Assembly (NCBI RefSeq): GCF_001194135.2
Contig: NC_068988.1
Span: forward strand, 64,659,766 to 64,700,158
Origin: Octopus bimaculoides
Taxonomy: Eukaryota
Length of the DNA stretch: 40,393 nt
Direction: 5' to 3'
Every line of letters begins with the position of its first letter. Within the stretch, counting starts at the first letter, position 1. Shown here piece after piece: positions 24,151-36,339 of this stretch. Position numbers and translations under genes: made by a program. Below the pieces are notes generated by a model. The model worked only from the letters and a program-made list of their open reading frames with translations, made no database searches and was not told the DNA's origin.

Positions 24151-24967
24151 ACTCATTGCATTTACAAAAATAATGAAAATAGTATTAGCCAGTGTCCAAT
24201 TTAATTTTCTTTCCTTCCTCAACACATAATTATTCCCAGTTAACTTTGATGGTTTTCCTGCATTAAAAATGCTAACACTACCTTAATTAATTATGTCTCT
24301 ATGCATCTATCTATTCATCTATGTCTCTTTTTCTATATATCTGTCTGCCTATGTATCTCTCTGTCTCTTCATCAGTGTCTATTTGTCTGTCTGTCTCACC
24401 TCGTAATTATTTCTTCTTAACTTTCTAACACATCTTGTTTTAAATCTGTTAACTTTAACTTCTTTACCTGTCTGTCTTTATCTGTCTGTTTATAAATCTA
24501 TATATGTATCTCTCTGCCTCTCTATCCATCTAAATATCCGTCTATGTATCTGTCAATCTGTCTATGCATCTATCTGCTTGTCTATGTAGTAACTATTTGT
24601 CTATTTATTTGTCTCTCTTTCTTCACCATATGATTGCTTCAAGATAACTTTTTCAATATGTTAACTCTAATTTAACTGTCTGCCTGCCTATTTACCTTTC
24701 TCCCCATATAATTATTTTTAGTTAACTTTCTAAAACTCGTAACATTAAATATTTTAACATAATTTAATTATTGTTATAAGTTAAACTAATCATTTGCAGT
24801 CATCCACCCACAGACAAATGGATATTTATTTGAAGAATAGCCTGTTCAAAACCTGTAATCAAGGGAAATCTAGCATTTCTGACTGCAAAAGTGATAAGGG
24901 ACAAAGCTGTTTTCTCACTTTTCTTTGTGATGCTTATATTTTTCATCAGTCTACAATGATAAAAGAT

Positions 24968-25011
<44 letters not shown>

Positions 25012-25134
25012 TGTACCTACATGGTGATATTGCTTGTCTGGAATAAAGCAGAGCATGAAGTACAAACACAACTCCACCTAGTCTTTGAAAGGATTGTACA
25101 CCCGTTGCAGTCAACATTTTACCAATATGTTCAT

Positions 25135-25300
25135 CATCATCATTTCATGTCCATGTTCCATGCTGCCATGGGTTGGATGGTTTGACAGGATCTATTGAGT
25201 CCATGGACTGCATTTTGCTCAAGTGTCCACTTTGGTTTAGTTTCTGTGGCTGGATGTCCTTCCTAAAGCCAGCCACTTTACAGCATGTACTGGATACGTT
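25135..25300 (-). mobile_element. SINE family B, degenerate
   Basis: TTCCATGCTGCCATGGGTTGGATGG and GCTGGATGTCCTTCCTAA. Confidence 0.7.
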
Positions 25301-25830
25301 TTTGCACAACTAGCAGTAGTGAAACCACCATGTAGTTTGCAGGACTACAAACTCTGAGGGGACAACTGTATACTAGGAGATTAGGAGCAATGGGAGGGGA
25401 GTATGAGAGAAGGGTTTCGAACAGAACAGTTTTCTTGTTGTGGATGATTTACATGACTACTCACATTTTAGAAGAGAAAGTGGGAGTGATCAACTGGAGC
25501 CAGATAGTGATGGGGGAAGTAAGTGATGACTGGCAGTGCTGAACAGCAGAATAACAGTGATAAAAACAGTAGATAGGAGAAGGACCAGAGACGGAGAATG
25601 TTGGGTAGTTTGCAGGAGTGGGGTGGGAAGAGAGAGAAGGAGGGTGAGAGATGTATGGTGATGGGAGAGGATAGCTGCTGATTCAGTGGGTGGGGGTGAT
25701 CAATGAAAGTGTAGGTGGACAGAACAGCATTATTGGATGAAGGGTGGGTCGTAAGCAAAGTAAGTGGTATCAAACAAGAGCTGCAGTCAAAGAGGTGCTG
25801 GTGCTCTCAAGTGGAGCAAAGAAAAAGCAC

Positions 25831-25965
<135 letters not shown>

Positions 25966-25984
25966 CTATCTTTCAAACAGTTTC

Positions 25985-26125
25985 TGCATATTAAACTCCA
26001 CTCACAGGGTACTGGTCAACCTGAGGCTATGGAGAAGACATTTATCCATGGTGAGATGCAGAGGGATTGAACCTGAAACCACATGGTTGTAGAGCAAACT
26101 TCTTAACCACACAGCAATGTCTGTG
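25985..26125 (-). mobile_element. SINE family A-like head fragment
   Basis: GAGGCTATGGAGAAGACA...GGATTGAACCTGAAACCACATGGTTG...CTTCTTAACCACACAGC. Confidence 0.6.
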
Positions 26126-26839
26126 CCAGAGTACAAGAAGTGATGAAGACTGATATAATTAATATAAGTCGTTTTATATTACATGTTGCTTGTCTGACGA
26201 AGATGATTCATTAATTAATTCCCAATTCTTGTGTTCAGTGACTTACTAACTTCCTCTTGTGTATTATTTCCATCTAAACTCTGAAAATTCTGCCAAGTTC
26301 GACAAACATAGAAACACTAGAATACCGCCAGTCATCCATACAAAGAATATGGATGACTAAATTACATCGAACATGATGCAACAAACGTTTATAAAGCAGC
26401 AAGATTTCATTGGAAAGGAATTATAGAATTCATATCAAGTGGAATTATTTACTGAATTGTGTTGACTCAAATGATGACTAACCAATTCTAGATGAGTCTG
26501 TGATAAATATTTGTAGATATATTCTATTGAAACACCATTTTTCATATACTAGAATTGGTTTCTTATATAACAAACAAATCAGTGTTGAATGAAATGCTTC
26601 TCAGCTTTTATAACCAGGAAAGCACATATATACATATAAATATATATGTGTGTGTGAATGCATGGGTGTGTGATTAAGAAGTTTGCTTTTCAGTTACATA
26701 ATTTTAAGTTTAGTCCTATGTATAATATCTTGGGTAACTGCCTTTTGCTATAGATTTGAGTTAAGCAATAGCTCATAAGTGAAAATTGGTAAACAAAAAC
26801 TGTACTGAGAACCAATGCGTGCGTGTGTGTGTGTGTGTG

Positions 26840-27020
26840 TGATCAGCATTTAATGTCTGTTTTCCATTCTGGCATGGGTTGGATGGTTTGATGGGCGCTG
26901 GCCAGCTGGAGAACTGCAGTAGGCTCCAGTTATGGTTTCTACAGCTGGATGCCCTTCCTATTACCAACCACTTTACAGAGTGTACTGGGTGCTTTTTACA
27001 TGGTACCAACACCAGTGCTT
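26840..27020 (-). mobile_element. SINE family B
   Basis: TTTCCATTCTGGCATGGGTTGGATGG; GTTTCTACAGCTGGATGCCCTTCCTA. Confidence 0.8.
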
Positions 27021-27039
27021 TACATGTGATACTAGCACA

Positions 27040-27300
27040 GGTGCTTTTCGCATGGAGCCTACAGCCTCATTAGGCCAAAGCTTATCTAGGTTTCTATGTT
27101 GTATCAGCAACCTAAAGTACAATACTCCCCTCTGCCAGTCCATCAAAGGGTTAATTCCACACCAACAAATGTTACTGGTACTTGTTTTCAGCTGAGTGGT
27201 ATGAAGTAATGAGAAATGAAGTGTTTTGCTCAAGAAAACAATACACCATCCATTCTAGGAATCAAAATATTGACCTTACAATCATGAATCCAACACCCTT
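27040..27300 (-). mobile_element. SINE family D-like, degenerate
   Basis: CAGCTGAGTGG...GAAATGAAGTGTTTTGCTCAAGAAAAC...GGAATCAAA. Confidence 0.55.
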
Positions 27301-28585
27301 ACCTCTAATATTTAAATATTTCTTTCTTTTCTCTTTTTTTTCTTTTCATTTGTAGCAGCTCTGTGCTTGATACTGGCTTACATGCAAATATACATTTCTC
27401 CGTTTCAAAGTTGGCTCAGTCAACTTTGTGTGGTTGCAACTTTTGTGTCGTTCTTTGTGATTGGTTAGAATGGACCGTTTCCTTCTGCTTCCAGTTTAGC
27501 ATTTGTATAAAGCATGACAGTTCCCATTTCTCTCTAGAGAGTCTTTCTTCCTTCACTTTAGAATGCTCTCAGCATGTAATTCTTTCACTTACATCAACAC
27601 TGGCTGCTCAGCAAGTTCTCTCAATAAGCCAGTGGACTGAACAGACAATGTCGCTTTCTTGAAGGCATTCTTGTGCACACTACTAGCACTGCTGTCGCCT
27701 CCAAGTTGTTTCATTTTGGACCAACCAACCATCTGTACCAGAAGATTACTTAACCACACAGCCATGACTGTGCAAATATGCAAATTAGAAATATGTCTTT
27801 ATTCAATATTATTTTAAATTAGTAAATATTTTCAATTTGAAAGTTACAATTCATTGAATTATCTTGCAGACAAAGTATGAAATTTCAAAAAAAAAAGCAA
27901 AAAAAAAGCTAGCAAAATTTTAATTATTTTACCTATGTAAAATCATGTGATATTACCTGTAGTGACAAAATTATTTTTTCAACAATACCTTTTACATGAG
28001 GGTACCCTTCCAGTGTAGGTGTGCAGTGTTTACGGGCTTGTGCATGTATATATATATGTGTGTGTGTGTATGTGTGTGTGTGCATGTGCGTATGTGTGTG
28101 ATGAGAAAATAAGTAAGTTCTGAAATTAGATTGTAATTTCCCCCCACCCACCCTCTTAATGACACACAGAGAGGTGAGGATAGGAAATTAAATTTAAAGC
28201 TTTTTGATAAAAAGATATTGATTCAAATAAAAATGTGATAAAGTATAAAAAAACAAAGTACTGCCAAAAAAATAATAAACTTTAAATTAAATCCCATTAA
28301 AAATATTAAAATTGTACAATAAAAAATATAGAGTGAGCAATATTAAAAAAATAAGATTAGACTATAAAAGATTCTGTATGCATATATGTATAAATCTTAT
28401 TTTAATGTGGATATTGGAAATGGCTTCCACACCTCTATTTTCAAACGTTTCTTGTTTATTCAACCATTCATATACGTATATATATNNNNNNNNNNNNNNN
28501 NNNNNNNNNNNNNNNNNNNNNNNNNNNNNNNNNNNNNNNNNNNNNNNNNNNNNNNNNNNNNNNNNNNNNNNNNNNNNNNNNNNNN

Positions 28586-28786
28586 GCAGCATTTTGTCCG
28601 TCTTCATGTTCTGAGTTCAAATTCTGCTGAGGTCAACTTTGCCTTACATCCGTTCAGGATCAATAAATTAAGTACCAGTGAATCACTGGGGTTGATGTAA
28701 ACAACTAGTCCCCTCTCCTCAAATTACAGGGCTTGTACCTATAGAAGAAAAGATTATTATTATGATTGTTATTATTATTATTATTA

Positions 28787-28817
<31 letters not shown>
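28586..28817 (+). mobile_element. SINE family C (5' end in gap) with (ATT)n tail
   Basis: GTTCTGAGTTCAAATTCTGCTGAGGTCAACTTTGCC...GATCAATAAATTAAGTACCAG...GGGCTTGTACCTATAG. Confidence 0.85.
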
Positions 28818-28822
28818 AATTG

Positions 28823-29068
28823 AGGTGGTGAGCTGGCAGAATCGTTAGTATCCTGGGCAAAATGCTTAGCTGTATTTTACCTGTCACAACATTCTGTGTT
28901 TGAATTCCATCAAGGACGACTTTGCCTTTCATTCACTTGAGATCAATGGAATAAGTATTAGTTGAACACTGAGGTCAATGGAATTGACTCATCTCCTCCT
29001 TCAAGACTGCTGATCTTGTGGCAAAATTTAAAACCATCACATTATTATTATTATTATTATCATCATCA

Positions 29069-29129
<61 letters not shown>

Positions 29130-29135
29130 CATCAT
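28823..29135 (+). mobile_element. SINE family C, full length with long (ATT/ATC)n tail
   Basis: Head GGTGGTGAGCTGGCAGAATCGTTAG, B-box-like GTTTGAATTCC, central GACTTTGCCTTTCATT. Confidence 0.85.
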
Positions 29136-29299
29136 TTCTTTTTAAGGGATGGGATGTTTGTTATGAGAGGGGTAGGTCACATATTTTGTGGTTATTTTCT
29201 GTAAAATGTCTTTGGAAGTTTCTCTAAAAATTTAATACATTATTTTTGAGTCTTTTTTATTTAATTCTGAAAAACATTTTTCTATTTACTTACGTGTCT

Positions 29300-29650
29300 A
29301 TATCTTTGTATTCTTGTATGAAATACTGAGTGGTTCTAAGTGTAACATTGTATGTATGTTACACACATCTGTACAATTCTTGTATGTTTGTATGTTTTTG
29401 CATATTTTTGTATGAATTTCTGAAAGTGTATATATTTGAACAAATTTTTGAGTGTGTATATTTTTGTCTGAATTTTTGGAAGTATATATTTTTGTATCTG
29501 AAAATGTTTTATACACATATTTTTCATGAATTTTTGTATATGTGTATATTTTTGTGTACAATTTTATATGTCTGAATATTTTTGTATTTGTACACATTTT
29601 TGTAAATATTTTTGTATCTGTACTCATTTTTGTAAATATTTTTGTTCATT
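29300..29650. repeat. T-rich degenerate repeat including two 30-bp units (29578-29637)
   Basis: ATTTTTGTATYTGTACWCATTTTTGTAAAT twice plus many ATTTTTGTA variants. Confidence 0.75.
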
Positions 29651-29964
29651 TTTTTTTATATGTGTCTTTATTTAAATTTAATCGATATTGTTAACCAGCG
29701 GCAATGTAAGTTGTAACTGGTGGCAGTAAAATTTCTAGCAATGTTTTACATTCTACTTCAAGTCAGCCATTGGTACTCTGTGTGTGTGTGTGTGTGTGCG
29801 TGTGTGTGTGTGTGTGCGTGTGTGCGTGAGTGTGTGGTGGTTGTGTTTATGTGAGAAGAGGAAGTGAATTATTGAAACTGAGGTGAATTGAACCAACAGA
29901 CAGTAACAACAAGAACTACTACTTCCACCACAGCTAAATTACTACATTATTACTAACACAATTA

Positions 29965-31159
29965 TTGGGTCATCCCATAAATAATGCAGTTTTTTCAATT
30001 GCATGAACTAAAAGTCGGAGGAGGACGGGATAAACTAACTGCATCACCTTGTCCTTATTCTTAGTGCAAGTTTTGAAGAGTGCAGTTCGATTTTAACAGT
30101 TATTTTTTCAAAGGTATGATGGTAGTGACAAAGCAGCATATTCAGCATATTTTACTTTATGAGTTCAATAACGGCAACAATGCAACAGAAAGTGCAAGGA
30201 ATATTAATGCAGTATATGGGGATTGGACAATAAGCATAAGGAAACAGCAGCCTAGAAGACAAGCCTCATCCTGGAAGATCTGTAGAGTGCACGAGGACAT
30301 CCTGCAAGCTCTGGTGGAACAAAATTCCATCATAACTGTTGAGGAACTAGTAAAGAAGCTTGGACTTGGTCGTTCAACCATTCATCAACACCTGCATGCC
30401 ATCAGGAAAGTCAGAAAATTGGGTCAAAGGGTTCCTCACAATCTTTCCAAATCTAATCACATGCAGAGAGTGAATGTGTGCACTTTGCTGTCGCATCTCA
30501 CGAATGAACCTTTTTTGGACCAAATACTGACTGATGATGAGAAATGGGTTCTCTATAAAAATGTCAAGCACTGAAGACAGTGACTTGGGAAAGAAGAAGT
30601 ACCAGCACCCCAGACTTAAGACGTTCTTCACCCACATAAGGTGTTGTTATCTGTTTGATGGGATATGAATGGTTCAATCCACTTTGAACTTTTAAACCTA
30701 AACCAAATGATAACAAAGGAGCTCTACTGCAAGCAGCTTGAGCGGCTTAAGTCAGAGCTAGAAGAAAAACGACCATCTTCCACCAGAATAATCCTCGGCC
30801 ACATACAGCAAGGATGACATTCCAAAGGCTGGAGCAGTTTGAATGGGAAATGATGCCCCACCCACCATATTCTCTGGATATTGCCCCATCTGATTATCAT
30901 TTATTCCCCAGTCTTTGAAATCATTTGGATGGTAAAAATATGAATTCTCTAGATGAGGTCAGAACAGTAATGTAGGAGTATTTTCTATCACAGACAAGTA
31001 AATTTTGGAAGAGGGGCCTTGCAAGTCTACCAGATAGATGGAAGAGCATTACAGAAAATGAAGGAGAGTATATTTTAGATAAAAAAAGAACTTTGTTTAC
31101 CTTAATTTTGAAAAATAAAAGAAGTATAAAAAAAATGCGTTACTTATGGGATGACCCAA
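29965..31159 (+). mobile_element. mariner (Tc1/mariner, DD34D) DNA transposon, complete ends, inactive
   Basis: TA (29963-29964) + TTGGGTCATCCCATAAATAATGC ... GCGTTACTTATGGGATGACCCAA + TA (31160-31161); TIR 21/23; transposase remnant inside. Confidence 0.97.
30116..31080 (+). pseudogene. mariner transposase pseudogene
   Basis: HILLYEFNNGNNATESARNIN (HTH), RVPHNL (WVPHEL-like), TDDEKW, FHQNNPRPH (second Asp now Asn, 30787), PYSLDIAPSDYHLF (third Asp 30892, 34 residues later); at least six in-frame stops and two deletions. Confidence 0.95.
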
Positions 31160-32099
31160 TACTATCCTTGTATGCCTTATAAGCAAAACTGGGTTGGTGG
31201 GGATACTGTACTGAAGCCCCAAAGCAGAGAATTGTACTTGGAATTTGAAGAGGTCCTACTTTGTCACATGCTATGTCCCACTGTTTCTACCAAAGCATTA
31301 CATTAAGTGTTATACATGTCTCTGGAATATTCTTCATCAAAATCGACAGAGTTTGCATTTATTTGGTCAGTTGTTATTATTATTGTTGTTGTTTTACTTC
31401 TTTTGACTTCTCTGTTTTATTCCTGCTCTACTTCTTCCTTCTCTCTTCTTCATCCTTCCCTTTTCTTTTTCTCCTCCATTGCCACCATCACATAATCACC
31501 GTTTACCGAATTGGTTTGAAGTGAGTATCCAAGAGTGTATCACAGTGGTTGTTGAGAGTTAGGTGTGTAGGAGGTGATATGTCAGTAGTCAACACACAGG
31601 TTGAAGGTTCAATCACAGCCTCAGGAGCTTTTCTAAAAATTGCTTTCTTATATTTTCTTCATATCTTCAAATCTTCATTCATTTCTACATTTTGCCTTCA
31701 TTTATTAAATTTTCATATTGTTGTTTTGCAATTCTTCCTGTTTTGTAACCATTGTTAAGAAACCATTTCTCTTTCTTTCTTGAATGCCTCCTTCTCCATA
31801 GCACACACACACACACACACACAAACATGCACATACAGACACCTGTGTGCATGTGTGTGTGTGTGTATGTTTGTGTGTGTGCATTCACAACTCTCATGTG
31901 TGTATGTATATGTGTGTGTGTACAGGCACAACACTCGTGTGTGTCTGTAAATGTTTACATATATATATATATACACACACACATACATCCATAACACATA
32001 TATACACACAAACACTCATGCATATATATTGCTCCCTCTGCCTTTCACCAACATCATCTTCCATTTGTTTCTTACTTTGTGCATAATATTGCACTTCCT

Positions 32100-32590
32100 G
32101 TCGGTGGTGGTCATGGTAGTGGAGGAGGTGCAAGTAGTTGTGCAGCGAGTGCCACAAACTGCTCCTAGAAATGATGGTGGTGGTGATGGTGCAGCAAGTG
32201 CATTTTGTGATGGGGGCGGTGTTGCTAGTGCTTCTGCTGTTACTGTGTGTTGGTGCAGCTGTAGTTAGTGTTAATACAGCTGGTAGTAAAAGTGGTTCTT
32301 GTAGTGCAGCTAGTGTGGTGGTTGCGGTGGTGCCAGTGCAGCTCCTGTTTCTGCTACAGTTTGGAGTGGGGTGAGGAGCGGTTAGTTCTTGTAGTGCAGC
32401 AAATTATAGTGGTGGTGGTGGTGGTGGTGTCAGTGCAGTTAGTGCATCTGCAACTGCTGGGAGTGGTGGTGGTGGTGGTGGTAGTTCTTTTCAGTGCAGC
32501 AAATGATAGTGGTTGTGGTGGCGGTGCCAGTGGTGCAGTTAGTGCTTCTGCTAGCTGCTGGGTGTGGAGGGAAGGAGTACTGCAGCTGCA
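32100..32590 (-). repeat. Degenerate GC-richer tandem repeat, units of about 97-117 bp
   Basis: Minus-strand units start GCAGAAGCACTAACTGCAC-like at 32551, 32451, 32354, 32237, each with (CCA)n and GCTGCACT. Confidence 0.7.
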
Positions 32591-32950
32591 CTGACTTGCA
32601 AGTAGCGCAAAACAATAAATAAATAAATAAATAAGTCATCTGACCGAAATACATTCCGATCCTTCACGGGATTCTTTGAGCTATTTTTAAGGCCCAACAC
32701 AATGAGTCAGATTTTCAAACATTTTCCGACACGGAATGGTAAGGGTAGGAGGNNNNNNNNNNNNNNNNNNNNNNNNNNNNNNNNNNNNNNNNNNNNNNNN
32801 NNNNNNNNNNNNNNNNNNNNNNNNNNNNNNNNNNNNNNNNNNNNNNNNNNNNNNNNNNNNNNNNNNNNNNNNNNNNNNNNNNNNNNNNNNNNNNNNNNNN
32901 NNNNNNNNNNNNNNNNNNNNNNNNNNNNNNNNNNNNNNNNNNNNNNNNNN

Positions 32951-33252
32951 GTTTATTGAGCGAAAATACCTAAAGCTCCACGAGGCTCCGGCAGGGGATG
33001 GTGGCGAACCCTGCTGTACTCTTTCACCACAACTTTCTCTCACTCTTTCTTCCTGTTTCTGTTGTACCTGTATTTCAAAAATGAGTCAGCCTTGTCACAC
33101 TGTGTCACGCTGAATATCCCTGAGAACTACGTTAAGAGTAAACGTGTCTGTGGAGTGCTCAGCCACTTGCACATTAATTTTACGAGCAGGCTGTTCCGTT
33201 GATTGGATCAACTGGAACCCTCGACGTCGTAAGCGACGGAGTGCCAACAACA
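32951..33252 (+). mobile_element. CpG-rich interspersed repeat (SINE-like), 5' end in gap
   Basis: Retains many CpGs unlike its surroundings and ends GTGCCAACAACAA; resembles an Octopus repeat as I recall it, not verified. Confidence 0.5.
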
Positions 33253-33840
33253 AATTCTTGTTGTTGACTTGTAGTTAGTCTTGGTCTTTGGTTATAATTC
33301 CATTCATGTTTATAATGGTTTGTAGGAGTATTATTAAGCTGACCCCATAACTTGACTAGTACTTAATGAAATTGGGTAAAAAGAGCTGGTTTCAGCCAGG
33401 TTAGTAACAAGAGGGTTAAGTTGCTCCATCCTGGGGACAGGGGTAGAGAAAATGATTTCAGCTAAATTGAAAAAACTTATCATGGACAGATAATCAGGAT
33501 CCAACAGGAATTGTAATAAAATTATGAAAAAAAATTATAAAATCATAAACAAAATTTAAAATTTATACACTTTTAACACATATTAAACATGATAAGCATA
33601 AATAAAAATGAATTTTTTAAAAAATATGTCTGATCTCACTGAAATAGATATTCTGGGACACTCTGTATAAACCTACAGGGAGCCTCTAGGTAATCTCAGT
33701 CTTTCATTATAATAATTCCATTCATATTTAGTATACTTTACAAGGATATTAATTCAACAGGATTTCTATTTTATCAACCCAAGAAGGTTGAAGAACAAAT
33801 TAAACCTTAGTCTTGTATTTTGATTCCTTTCACGTCTACA

Positions 33841-34305
33841 ATACCTTATAGGGATACTAAATCAACCTCAGTACTTAACTGGTACTCAGACAAACCAATA
33901 ATGAAGCCTCTAGGTAATCTTAGACTTAAACTTCTATTCTGATTCCTTTCTCATCTACTACTGTGTGACTGGCCCTCGTGCCGGTGGCACATAAAAGCAC
34001 CCACTGCACTCTCGGAGTGGTTGGCGTTAGGAAGGGCATCCAGCTGTAGAAACTCTGCCAGATCAGATTGGAGCCTGGTGCAGCCATCTGGTTTCCCAGT
34101 CCCCAGTCAAATCGTCCAACCCATGCTAGCATGGAAAGCGGACATTAAACGATGATGATGATGATGAATGCCTTATAGGGATATTAAATCAACTCCAGTA
34201 CTTAACTGGTACTCAGACAAACCAATAATGGATCCTCTAGGTAATCTTAGACTTAAACTTCTATTTTGATCCCTTTCACTTCTAACATACTTTATAGGGA
34301 TATCA
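33841..34305 (+). repeat. Tandem repeat of about 119 bp interrupted by a SINE
   Basis: 33841-33960 and 34168-34286 are about 89% identical by hand count; a third copy starts at 34287. Confidence 0.9.
33961..34167 (+). mobile_element. SINE family B, 5'-truncated, well preserved
   Basis: GGTGGCACATAAAAGCACCC...GGTTGGCGTTAGGAAGGGCATCCAGCTGTAGAAACTCTGCCAGATCAGATTGGAGCCTGGTGCAG...(GAT)n. Confidence 0.9.
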
Positions 34306-35054
34306 GATATATCCTATCATTTGACTGGTGCTTGATTTTATTGAATCCAGGAACAGAGGAGGGGAAAGTTGACCTCAGTAACATTTGTTGAAAGCTGAAA
34401 CATAATGAGCCATAATTATTGCTCTGCATGCATTTTGTATCATGTTCTGATACAGTATTTATCAACAGAGGCTCTCCAGAATCTTAGAGTGCCATAAAAG
34501 CTTGCTAAGAGGCTTGCAAGAAATAGTGATAAATTGGTTTTAATTAATATGCAAATACATTTTTGTGCTATTAGTGTGTCTAATTACATATTCATAATTT
34601 TATTATATATGCATGGCATATTTCTTAAGGTGGAGAAATCTTGGCATCTGTTGGTAATAAGGTGACCCCATGGCAGAAAGTTATCTAATAGGGGATTGTA
34701 GGGTAATTTGATCTAAACAAGGTGAAATTTCTTAAAACGTCTTTGGTGGGTCCATTAGGTATTAGTACTGCTAAATCTTTCCAAAGACAGCTTTATGATT
34801 AGTTTAATCTCTTGGGAAATTTTAAACTTTATTTCAGGAAAGTAAAAAAGGATAATAATAAGATATAAATTAAAATACCCGTCAAGTACTTGAAAGGGAA
34901 GTGAATGGTGTCGACTAACTTGTTTCCTAATTTGCTGGCCTTGTGCCCTAAAGTAGAAGTTACTCTCAAGTCTATGACATCCGGTACAACAAACTTTACT
35001 GCTACACTTTTAGAGAAATAGTTATTTCCTCCTCCCTACCAATTATATATATGC

Positions 35055-35149
<95 letters not shown>

Positions 35150-35162
35150 TACATGGATATGG

Positions 35163-35193
<31 letters not shown>

Positions 35194-35744
35194 AACATAT
35201 ACATAGACATGTACATACATACATACATATATGTACACATACTGTGTATGTGTGTGTGTCTCTCACACACACACACACACACACTTTAACATACACACAA
35301 GTGTATATGTATTGCTCTGAAATTATAACTTTTTCTATTTTACTGTGCTCTTTGCTAAAAAGCTTTACATGAAGAAATATTCTTGTTATAGCTTTCAAGC
35401 ATTTATTTCTATCACTAAATGTGTGTGTGTGTCTGTGTGTGTTTACATTATAAGGATTAAAACGTTTTGAGAGATATAAAGTAATTTTCATACTGGTGGA
35501 ACTTGAAATAGATAAAGCTATGAATATATAGAATATTGGGTTAACAAAAATCTTTGATATGAAAATGTCAGAAGTCCCACAAACAGCCTTTGGCTTTCTT
35601 TCCCCATCCAAGGGCTCTTTTTAGCTCAGTATTCTACATGCTGTTAGTTATAGCTTCATCTACTTTGGAGTTCCACCATTAAAATATACACACACACACA
35701 AACATATATCCAGTGTGTATCATGGTTTTTAGAATTGATACTAT

Positions 35745-35860
35745 GCCATATCTCTGCATGTCGTAAAAGACTACTCAAAGAGTTGGCATCAAGAAGGAAT
35801 CCAGCTGCAAAGCACAGCATCAAGAAGTCCCACACAATCCATGCCAGCATAGAAAAACGA
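35745..35860 (+). mobile_element. SINE family B remnant
   Basis: GAGTTGGCATCAAGAAGGAATCCAGCTG...CAATCCATGCCAGCATAGAAAA. Confidence 0.6.
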
Positions 35861-35946
35861 ACAAAAAAAATCCGAAAAAAAAAATACAATGATTATATAG
35901 ATATAATACACACACACACACATAAGATATATATCTACAAACAGAA

Positions 35947-35996
<50 letters not shown>

Positions 35997-36339
35997 GTAT
36001 TTCTGGAAACTGAAGCTTCACCCCATTGTTACTCCAACTTTCACACACTCTCACACACACACACACCTTCTGTTAATCAAATGTTAATTCATTGAGTGTA
36101 TGGAGCCACTAATTAGCTATGTAACAGACCATTCCTGCTACTCTTACCCTACCCCCCACCTCCACCCCTACTGGCTCACTAAACAATCTCTAGTGATGGA
36201 GGTAAAAATGTTAGGGTAAAATGGTAGAATATTCAATGTCGTTCCATGGTGGTTGTTGTTGTTGCTGTTGTTGTAATGTTATATCTCAGATGACAAGAGC
36301 CTTGATTACATGAGGTTGTCTAATTAGATTTGTCTTTCA

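Noticed and set aside
27355-27730. Possible RTE-type LINE 3' remnant on minus, or exon after a strong plus-strand acceptor
   Set aside because: Similarity is limited to a few residues across stops; not supportable by eye.
33651-33668. TTCTGGGACACTCTGTA-TA resembling a Tc1/pogo-type TIR end
   Set aside because: No partner TIR found nearby.
34540-34600. Octamer ATGCAAAT with TAAT motifs in a repeat-free stretch (possible enhancer)
   Set aside because: Short AT-rich motifs are common by chance here; no conservation data available.
35490-35611. NPIFY (GPCR NPxxY-like) in a minus-strand ORF
   Set aside because: Motif is expected several times by chance in six frames of AT-rich DNA and no other helices are present.
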